Shown piece by piece: positions 23,366 to 30,860 of a stretch of DNA of 32,000 nucleotides. This DNA comes from Candidatus Lokiarchaeum ossiferum (GTDB lineage: Archaea > Asgardarchaeota > Lokiarchaeia > Sigyniarchaeales > Promethearchaeaceae). Numbering within the stretch: the first letter of the stretch is position 1; the number at the start of each line of letters is the position of its first letter. Where the stretch lies: positions 5,460,001-5,492,000 of the forward strand of contig CP104013.1 of assembly GCA_025839675.1 (NCBI GenBank). The letters are read 5' to 3'. The translations under genes were made by a program, and so were the position numbers. Under the pieces are notes generated by a model. It searched no databases, was not told where the DNA came from, and saw only the letters and a program-made list of their open reading frames with translations.

Positions 23366-24727
23366 ATGATTTCAACAATTTTAATTTTGGTACTTGTAAA
23401 TGTTCTCGTTGGATTAGGTCCTTTATTCATCAAGTTCTTGCCTTCATTGAGCCCATTTTCAATTACTTTTGTAAGATTTTTTATTTCTGCTCTGTTAGAG
23501 CTAGTTATTATAATTGTTCTTTATATCCGTCTGTATTTTCAATTTAAAAATAAGGATTGTGTTTTAGATTTTCGGACGATTGTAAAACAGTCCTTGAAAA
23601 ACTATTATGGAGGGAAAAATTCTCAATTTCTAAAAGGAAGATCACAATTATTATATCTGGCCTGGGTAGGCTTTTTACAAGTTGGGATTGTCGTTCCCTT
23701 TTATTATTTAAGCTTTGAATATATGGGTGTGGTACTAAGTACAATCACTTCTTGCTCAATACCAATCATTGTAATTGCTTTTATTAATTGGGCACAAAAA
23801 CATGAGGAAATGGGGGCTTTTAAACTGATTTACTTATTTCTTCTAGTTGCGGGGGTCATTACTATTGCTTTTAGTAGAACTGGTAATGAAAATCAAAAAC
23901 TAAGCTTTATCGGTGTTTTTGTTCTTATTCTCAGCACAATCGCTTACATCAGTTATTTAGTTTCTGTCGGCCGGGATTCTCAGTTAAGGGTAAAATTATT
24001 TGACCATTTTCGAGTCAGTGGGTTTCCCAATTCGAAAAAAATCATCCAAACAGTCAATTTGTTACGTTCATTTCTTAAATTATTTGGAATGCATTTCTTT
24101 GGAACTCTTTGTCTTTTGATTTTATCCGTGATCCTAAGTTTTATTGCTCCAAATGGTGAAATTGGATTAAAGTGTCATCAATTTTTATACATTGACATAA
24201 AATCCTTTGGATCTCTTCTTCTTAATCCCTTTGTTCTTTCTATAGCATTAATTTGCACTTTACTCCCCTTCTTCTTACAATTATTTGCTTCCATGAAATG
24301 GCCTCGCTTTACTCTAAGTTTTGAATCTTGGAACAGTATTTTAATTGTAATTCAACCTTTAATGGGATTGTATATTGGTTTAATTATATGGGGTGAACCT
24401 ATTCAGAGCGATTATGTTATTTTCACAACAATTTTCCTTGTGATTTCAATTCTAATTCGTTATCTCCATGAAAATTCTAATTTTATGCTTGTTCTCTTTA
24501 CTGTAAGGGTAATAAATGTGAATGCGAAGAAATTGATCACATTCCTTCATTCAATTAAAGAAATTGATGAGATCAATTATTCTTTAGGGAGATATGGTTT
24601 GTTAATTCACGCAAGTGTTCGCTCTCTCCCACGATTGTTTATTATTAAAAAAAGCCTTTTAGAATTTCCTGGAGTACTTGAAGTAAATTATTACCCTGAA
24701 GTGGCGATAAAAACCGATTCTACATGA
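23366..24727 (+). CDS. EamA/DMT-superfamily transporter with C-terminal RAM-like domain
   Basis: About 10 hydrophobic segments arranged as two EamA-like halves. The last roughly 80 aa (nt about 24473-24724), MLVLFTVRVINVNAKKLITFLHSIKEIDEINYSLGRYGLLIHASVRSLPRLFIIKKSLLEFPGVLEVNYYPEV, align position by position with the upstream 83-aa RAM protein. An SD-like GGAG lies 9 nt upstream. ATG 23366 is preferred to TTG 23363. Confidence 0.7.
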   Translation: MISTILILVLVNVLVGLGPLFIKFLPSLSPFSITFVRFFISALLELVIIIVLYIRLYFQFKNKDCVLDFRTIVKQSLKNYYGGKNSQFLKGRSQLLYLAWVGFLQVGIVVPFYYLSFEYMGVVLSTITSCSIPIIVIAFINWAQKHEEMGAFKLIYLFLLVAGVITIAFSRTGNENQKLSFIGVFVLILSTIAYISYLVSVGRDSQLRVKLFDHFRVSGFPNSKKIIQTVNLLRSFLKLFGMHFFGTLCLLILSVILSFIAPNGEIGLKCHQFLYIDIKSFGSLLLNPFVLSIALICTLLPFFLQLFASMKWPRFTLSFESWNSILIVIQPLMGLYIGLIIWGEPIQSDYVIFTTIFLVISILIRYLHENSNFMLVLFTVRVINVNAKKLITFLHSIKEIDEINYSLGRYGLLIHASVRSLPRLFIIKKSLLEFPGVLEVNYYPEVAIKTDST

Positions 24728-24824
24728 CGGAGTAATTAATTTTAATTCAAACCTTTTTTAATAATCTATTAAATGCCAAGAGTGCTCATTTTTTAATTAA
24801 TTAAAAAATAACCCTTCATAAATT

Positions 24825-27068
24825 ATGTCTGTAACTGATAAGTTCATTTCTCTTCCGAATAAATCTCCAAAGTGTACTTTTTCCTTAGAAAATTTTCCTG
24901 GAATTGGAAAAAAAATTCGGGAAAAACTGTTAAATTACTATTCTAATGAGAATGATGCGTTAAAAGCTATTCAAGTTGGTGCTGTTGGATGTGTTCCTGG
25001 AATTTCATTTAAACAAGCATTGAAATTTGCTCAAACCTATTTCGAATTAACTGAAGAGGTTTCATTGATAGACGTTCTAGTTACTCCAGATATTACCGAA
25101 ATTTATGACAATGTTATTGGGCATATTGAAAAATATGCCAGAACTAACTACTCTAAACTAAAATTACGCTTATATTTTCCCTTACCTTCACATAAAATTC
25201 AATTGATCAAAGAAAGACAACAATATTTTTATAAATCGATTCAATTTGTCCAAAAACACAGTCAAAATTTAAAAGAGCGAGGGTTTTCTAAATTGCTTTC
25301 TGCTTTGGATAATTTAAAACAAGGTGAGGATTTTCCGAAAATCCGTTCACGCATTATAATTACTGATTCTCAAAAAGTTGAAAATTTTCTAGTTGAAGAA
25401 GATATTATTTCTTCAATTGTGTTTGAAAAAATTAATTTCAGCAAGATAACTGATAATTTGAAGTTTTTCCAAAATTACAGCCGAAATTTTGATGTGGTAA
25501 TTTATTGTGGGGATCATTCAGAAAAAATCCCTGCTTTTTCTAATTTAATAACCATTCCATCAAAAAATATGTCTATTGAGACACTTGTTCCCGAAAAAAT
25601 AATTCGTGTTTTTGGATTTAATAAAAATATTATCCAGTCTATGATTAGGATCGTTGTCAATTTAAAAAATCTTAAAGAAGAAAAATTAATTAATCATTTT
25701 TTATCTCACTTCGATATAAAAAAAATAAGAACCCTGAAAGAAAATACATCCATCTTGGATGAAAAAGGCGAAATTCTCTCGAAGATAGATTCTACTCTAG
25801 ATGAATTCCGTGCGATTGCCGATGAATTTTCTTCTTTGGTTGGTGAAACAGAATCTTGGATCAATGACCAAATTCAAAGTGAAATAGGTCAACGTTCAAT
25901 TCAAATTCAAGGTAAGCAAATTTTAGATTTGATCCGGACTGATTTATCCATTGAACAAGTTCGCAATTATATACCAGCTGAAGTCGATGAATTAATCGAA
26001 GAAACCATTCATAAAGGACTTGAAACACTCTGTAAACAGTTACATTTAGGAAAACAAGATCAGGATTTAACATTGAATTTAATTCCCGAAATCATTGAAT
26101 TTCCCATACAGCTTAACACTCAAGAATGCGATGTGTTAGAAAAGAAAATATCAGCTCGTTTAAATACACATAAATACTCTGTAATGGTGAAAATTGCAAG
26201 TCAATTGAGTGAAACTTATGAATATCTCCTACAACTTCATCAAATTTTGCTTGAATTCGACTTTTTTTATACTATCGGGACCTTTGCTCATCAATTTGGA
26301 TTATCAATCCCTCAAATTCTAGAAAAACAATATGGTTTTTTTGGGACCAATTTGACCAATTTAGAGTTAAAATCTGAAAAGATTTCTAACCAAGATTCAA
26401 AAAAGAATGATCCCGAACCAATTCCAATTACTTATCAACTAGGATCTTGTACAGATTCTAAAATTCCTGAAATTACGCCTGCGACCCTCTGTCTATTGAC
26501 GGGGAGCAATTCAGGTGGAAAAACAATGTGCATAAATACTTGTTCACAAGCAATTATATTAGCTCAAATGGGATTTCCATCTTTGGGAGATCTAAAATTT
26601 CATCCTTTTGATGAATTATATTATTACAAAAAATCAAGTGGTCAACTATCTGCTGGGGCTTTTGAGACTACGCTTTTGCAATTTGTTCAATTAGCTCAAT
26701 CCCCGAAATTGAAGATTGTTTTTGCCGATGAATTAGAATCTATAACTGAACCAAATGCAGCATCAAAAGTTCTTTCTGGAATCTTCTCTTTATTGCTACA
26801 AAATCCCAATAATTTTGGTATTTTTGTCACTCATTTAGCTGAGTTGCTTCAAACGAATTTCACAGCAAAACAAAAGAATTCTATCCGTATTGATGGAATT
26901 GAAGCCACAGGATTGGATAAAAATCTCCATTTAATCGTTGATCGAAATCCAAGATTCAACTATGTTGCCAAATCAACACCAGAATTAATCCTAACTCGAT
27001 TGGCAAAATCTGGTTCCAAAGAACAACAATTATTCTTTTCAACTATTCTTAAATTATTCAATCATTGA
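24825..27068 (+). CDS. MutS2-like (MutS domain V ABC-type ATPase) protein with N-terminal helix-hairpin-helix, no Smr domain
   Basis: HhH-like FPGIGKKIREKLLNYY, Walker A LLTGSNSGGKTMCI, Walker B VFADELESITEP, and VTHL. The protein ends about 110 aa after Walker B, so there is no room for an Smr domain. Confidence 0.7.
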   Translation: MSVTDKFISLPNKSPKCTFSLENFPGIGKKIREKLLNYYSNENDALKAIQVGAVGCVPGISFKQALKFAQTYFELTEEVSLIDVLVTPDITEIYDNVIGHIEKYARTNYSKLKLRLYFPLPSHKIQLIKERQQYFYKSIQFVQKHSQNLKERGFSKLLSALDNLKQGEDFPKIRSRIIITDSQKVENFLVEEDIISSIVFEKINFSKITDNLKFFQNYSRNFDVVIYCGDHSEKIPAFSNLITIPSKNMSIETLVPEKIIRVFGFNKNIIQSMIRIVVNLKNLKEEKLINHFLSHFDIKKIRTLKENTSILDEKGEILSKIDSTLDEFRAIADEFSSLVGETESWINDQIQSEIGQRSIQIQGKQILDLIRTDLSIEQVRNYIPAEVDELIEETIHKGLETLCKQLHLGKQDQDLTLNLIPEIIEFPIQLNTQECDVLEKKISARLNTHKYSVMVKIASQLSETYEYLLQLHQILLEFDFFYTIGTFAHQFGLSIPQILEKQYGFFGTNLTNLELKSEKISNQDSKKNDPEPIPITYQLGSCTDSKIPEITPATLCLLTGSNSGGKTMCINTCSQAIILAQMGFPSLGDLKFHPFDELYYYKKSSGQLSAGAFETTLLQFVQLAQSPKLKIVFADELESITEPNAASKVLSGIFSLLLQNPNNFGIFVTHLAELLQTNFTAKQKNSIRIDGIEATGLDKNLHLIVDRNPRFNYVAKSTPELILTRLAKSGSKEQQLFFSTILKLFNH

Positions 27069-27076
27069 GAATAAGA

Positions 27077-27087
27077 TTTTTTTTTTT
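27077..27087 (+). terminator. T11 tract 9 nt after the MutS2-like gene stop
   Basis: tga gaataaga ttttttttttt g. Confidence 0.5.
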
Positions 27088-27162
27088 GTTTTGTGAATTT
27101 TACATTCACATTTTTATTCTTTTAAGATATAAGATGTTATATAGGATTGAAGGTAAATTTTA

Positions 27163-27576
27163 ATGACAAACAGCCCTAGTCTGACTGAAATCGAACCAAA
27201 TATGGTTAAAAAAATATTTCAATGTCCTATTTGCAAAAGAACCCATCAAATCTATTTTCCTCCAGAATTTGCAAAAAATCGGTCAAAATACCCTTTTACC
27301 TACATTTTCATTCATTCTTTTCAAAATGCAGATTCGATTGAGGATAAAGACAAAGATGTATTAACCACTCTTTACATCGATGCTCATCTCAATATTCGTG
27401 GAGTGGAGGCAATTATTGCAGAAGATGATACTAATATTCTTTCAAAAGAAGTCTCAAAAGCAATGGTTAGCAAATTGACCAAAGTAATAATGGAGATGCA
27501 AATTGAGCATGATCAACTCGCAGAGAAGTATGCAGTATTGAGAGATAAATATAATGAACTTGTAAAAAAGAATTAA
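27163..27576 (+). CDS. Hypothetical protein (CPxC knuckle, beta-rich core, C-terminal coiled-coil-like helix)
   Basis: 137-aa ORF in an otherwise empty interval. Contains FQCPICKRTHQIYFP and the C-terminal MEMQIEHDQLAEKYAVLRDKYNELVKKN. I do not recognise a family. Confidence 0.45.
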   Translation: MTNSPSLTEIEPNMVKKIFQCPICKRTHQIYFPPEFAKNRSKYPFTYIFIHSFQNADSIEDKDKDVLTTLYIDAHLNIRGVEAIIAEDDTNILSKEVSKAMVSKLTKVIMEMQIEHDQLAEKYAVLRDKYNELVKKN

Positions 27577-27599
27577 ATAAAAAAAGAAGGAAACGTTGT

Positions 27600-28868
27600 T
27601 TATGCAACTATTACCTTTTCAATTTGTTCTAATGCCCAATCCAATTCTTCTTTGGTGATAACCAAAGGTGGAGCAAATCGAATGGTTGTAATATGGGTAT
27701 CTTTTGCCAAAATGCCGTTCTCTTTGAATTGTTCAACAAATTGTCGAGCATTTCCTTCAAATTCCATAGCAATCAACAATCCTTTGCCGCGTACTTCTTT
27801 AACGGGGATTTTGGTGTTTTTAGTTGCAATCTTACGTAGACCTGCTTGGAAATATTCTCCCAATTCTGCAGCTCGATCAGCTAGTTTTTCATCTACTAAA
27901 ACGTCTAAAGATTTTGAGGCAATTACACTGGCTAATGAATTTCCACCAAAAGTGGAACCATGGGTTCCTGGTTTAATTACATCTGGACCAACAACATCTT
28001 TATTGGTAACAATACCAGATACGGGGTAAATTCCTCCTCCAAGTGCTTTTCCTAATAAAAGCATATCTGGTTTTACATTTTCATGATCTACTGCAAACCA
28101 TTTTCCAGTACGACATAAACCAGATTGAATTTCATCAGCGATCATTAATACATTGTATTTAGTACAAATCTCTCTAACTTTTGTGTAAAATCCTTTTACT
28201 GGTACTTTTACTCCAGCTTCTCCTTGGATTGGTTCAAATAGAAATGCTGCGACATTTTCTGGACCTAATTTTAGTATATGGTCTTCCAATTCTTGAGCAT
28301 CACCATAGGGAATGATGTCAAATCCTGGTGTAAATGGACCGAAGTTACCATAATAGTTTCCACATTGTGTGTCTGTGCTAAATCCGACAATAGTTATTGT
28401 TCTACCATGGAAATTGCCATCGCATACAATTATTTTTGCTTGATCTTTAGGAATTCCTTTTTTAATATATCCCCATGCACGGGCCACTTTTAATCCAGTT
28501 TCAACTGCTTCAGCACCTGTGTTCATTGGTAAAGCCATGATACCCGAATTTTTTGGATCATTGATGTGAGGTCCAACTATTCCACATAATTTCTTTAGGT
28601 AAGGTCCCATCTGATCATTACAAAATGCTCGAGAAGTAACTGCAACCTTTTTTAATTGTTCCTCGGCAGCTTTAACAATTTCAGGATGACAATGTCCCAT
28701 ATTCTGGCTAGAGTAAGCAGAAAGACAGTCTAAATATTTTCGGCCTTCTGGATCCCATACCCAGCAACCTTCGGCTTTAGAAATAACCACTTCTAAGGGG
28801 TGATAGTTGTGAGCCCCATATTCATGGTCCATATCGATATAATCTTGTGATGATGGCATAATTTTCAC
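27600..28868 (-). CDS. rocD: Ornithine aminotransferase (ornithine--oxo-acid transaminase, class III PLP)
   Basis: HNYHPLEVVISKAEGCWVWDPEGRKYLDCLSAYSSQNMGHCHPEIV closely matches the canonical OAT N-terminal signature. Also MIADEIQSGLCRTGKW and LLLGKALGGG (PLP Lys). Confidence 0.9.
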   Translation of the reverse strand: MKIMPSSQDYIDMDHEYGAHNYHPLEVVISKAEGCWVWDPEGRKYLDCLSAYSSQNMGHCHPEIVKAAEEQLKKVAVTSRAFCNDQMGPYLKKLCGIVGPHINDPKNSGIMALPMNTGAEAVETGLKVARAWGYIKKGIPKDQAKIIVCDGNFHGRTITIVGFSTDTQCGNYYGNFGPFTPGFDIIPYGDAQELEDHILKLGPENVAAFLFEPIQGEAGVKVPVKGFYTKVREICTKYNVLMIADEIQSGLCRTGKWFAVDHENVKPDMLLLGKALGGGIYPVSGIVTNKDVVGPDVIKPGTHGSTFGGNSLASVIASKSLDVLVDEKLADRAAELGEYFQAGLRKIATKNTKIPVKEVRGKGLLIAMEFEGNARQFVEQFKENGILAKDTHITTIRFAPPLVITKEELDWALEQIEKVIVA

Positions 28869-28888
28869 GTTTGTTTTTTTTTAAAAAA

Positions 28889-29794
28889 TTAGAGATGGAA
28901 ATGCGTTCCTGCGGTTCCAGCAAGTGCTTCCGTTATGTTGTCGACAGATGTAATTATTGCTTGTTCCCCACCTGCTTCAATGAAGTTGATACATGCTTGA
29001 ATTTTTGGTCCCATGCTACCTGCTGGGAATTGGCCTTCTTCTAAATATTTCTTTGCATCAGCAATAGTGAGTTCATCGAGGCGACTTTCGTTTGGTTTCC
29101 CAAAATTTAAGGCAACTTTTTCTTCATCCGTAGCAATCATCATGATATCTGCATGGATTTGTTCCCCAAGTTTAGCAGTTGCAAGATCTTTATCAATCAC
29201 AGCTTCCACACCCTTCAATTTCATATTCTTCTTAAAAACTGGGATCCCTCCTCCACCACATGCAATAATTATGAAGTTATCTTGCATTAATCGTTTGATT
29301 TCGCGATATTGATATATTTTATATGGTTTTGGTGAAGGTACAACTCTTCGCCAGCCTTTCGCGGTTTTTACAAATCCTGGTTTAGGATCTGGATATGCAG
29401 GACCAACCGGTTTTGTCGGGTTTTGGAAGGCTGGATCATCTTCTTTTACTCTTGTATATGTTAGAATTGTTAAAAAGAGCTTTTCATCGGCCATACTTAA
29501 CCGCATTAGCTCCTCATCTAGTGTTCGTTCTATCATATATCCAATTTGACCTTGAGTTTGAGCTCCAATAACTGATAAGGGCATTTTTGGAACTTCATCA
29601 CAAGCTTCTTGTTGTAATAAAAGATTTCCCGATTGAGGACCATTTCCATGGGTGATTACGAGATGGTAATCTTTTGATAATTCTGCCATCTGAGCAACAG
29701 GTTTGCGAATGTTACTGAATTGCTCTTCTGCAGTTCCTTTCTGACCTTTTTGAATTAAGGCATTTCCACCAAGAGCAATTATGAGCTTTTTCAT
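28889..29794 (-). CDS. arcC: Carbamate kinase
   Basis: LIIALGGNAL, ITHGNGPQSGNLLLQQ, NPTKPVGP, WRRVVPSPKP, CGGGGIPV, GVEAVIDKDLA, FPAGSMGPKI. It is collinear with the canonical Enterococcus carbamate kinase as I remember it. Confidence 0.9.
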   Translation of the reverse strand: MKKLIIALGGNALIQKGQKGTAEEQFSNIRKPVAQMAELSKDYHLVITHGNGPQSGNLLLQQEACDEVPKMPLSVIGAQTQGQIGYMIERTLDEELMRLSMADEKLFLTILTYTRVKEDDPAFQNPTKPVGPAYPDPKPGFVKTAKGWRRVVPSPKPYKIYQYREIKRLMQDNFIIIACGGGGIPVFKKNMKLKGVEAVIDKDLATAKLGEQIHADIMMIATDEEKVALNFGKPNESRLDELTIADAKKYLEEGQFPAGSMGPKIQACINFIEAGGEQAIITSVDNITEALAGTAGTHFHL

Positions 29795-29826
29795 GTGATA
29801 TTCACCGGATTTTTATAGAAAAAAAA

Positions 29827-30771
29827 TTAATCCATAATTCCTAACAAGAAAAGCATAATTGCTTTTTGAGCATGTAATCGGTTTTCAGCTTGATCGAATA
29901 CAATTGATTGCGGACCATCAATAACTTCGGCAGTTTCTTCATAGCCTCGTTTTGCAGGTAGACAATTCATAAAAATGGCATCCGATTTTGCCGCTGCCAT
30001 AACTTCTGCATTCACTTGGTAAGGCATGAAAGTTTTTACACGTTCTTCTTCTTCATCTTTAGGAATTCCATAACTCATCCAAGAATCTGCATATAAAATA
30101 TCTGAATTTTTAGCAGCTTCCAAAGCATTATGTACAACTCGAATTTTAGCTCCAGTTTTTTTTGCAATTTCCTCACATTCATCAATAACTTCTTGTTCTG
30201 GGGCATATTTTGGATCATCTGGGCAAGCTACATCTAAATCCATTCCAAACATTGCACACATTCGCATCAAATCATAAGTGACGTTGTTATAGCAATCTCC
30301 ATAGAAAGACATTTTCAAATTATCAAATTTGCCTTTCTTTTCTTTAATGGTTTGAAAATCGCACATGATTTGGCATGGATGAGCAAAATCGTCCAACATA
30401 TTTATTACTGGTACGTCCGAATTTGCTGCAATATCTTGAATGTCTTTTCGTTTGAATACTCGAGCAGAAATCATATCAACATATCGAGAAGCACATTTTG
30501 TGGTATCTTGAATTGTTTCTTTAATTCCTAAGGGAGAGTCTTTAATAGAATAGAAAATTGCGTGTCCTCCCAATTGGGTCATTCCTGTTTCAAAAGAAAC
30601 ACGGGTACGGAGGGAAGGTTTTGCAAAAATCATTAAAAGTGTCTTGTTTTTCAACTTTGTAGTGTATTTTTCATTCCATAAATCCGCTTTCATTTTAATT
30701 GCATAATCAATGATAGCTTCACACTCTTCGCGGGTGAAATCGGAAACTTTAGTTAAATGTCGTAGTGTCAT
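29827..30771 (-). CDS. argF: Ornithine carbamoyltransferase-family transcarbamylase (probably catabolic OTC; two specificity motifs deviate)
   Basis: SLRTRVSFE (SxRTR), HPCQ, SIVFDQAENRLHAQKAIM. However, the SMG loop reads DSWMSYG (canonical DxWxSMG) and HCLP reads NCLPA. Confidence 0.8.
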   Translation of the reverse strand: MTLRHLTKVSDFTREECEAIIDYAIKMKADLWNEKYTTKLKNKTLLMIFAKPSLRTRVSFETGMTQLGGHAIFYSIKDSPLGIKETIQDTTKCASRYVDMISARVFKRKDIQDIAANSDVPVINMLDDFAHPCQIMCDFQTIKEKKGKFDNLKMSFYGDCYNNVTYDLMRMCAMFGMDLDVACPDDPKYAPEQEVIDECEEIAKKTGAKIRVVHNALEAAKNSDILYADSWMSYGIPKDEEEERVKTFMPYQVNAEVMAAAKSDAIFMNCLPAKRGYEETAEVIDGPQSIVFDQAENRLHAQKAIMLFLLGIMD

Positions 30772-30860
30772 TTTATTATTACTCCTTCTAAAAGATATTT
30801 TGGTAATACAAAAAAAAATGGAAATTAATCCATATAATTTATTCGTTGTTGGATGTCAGT

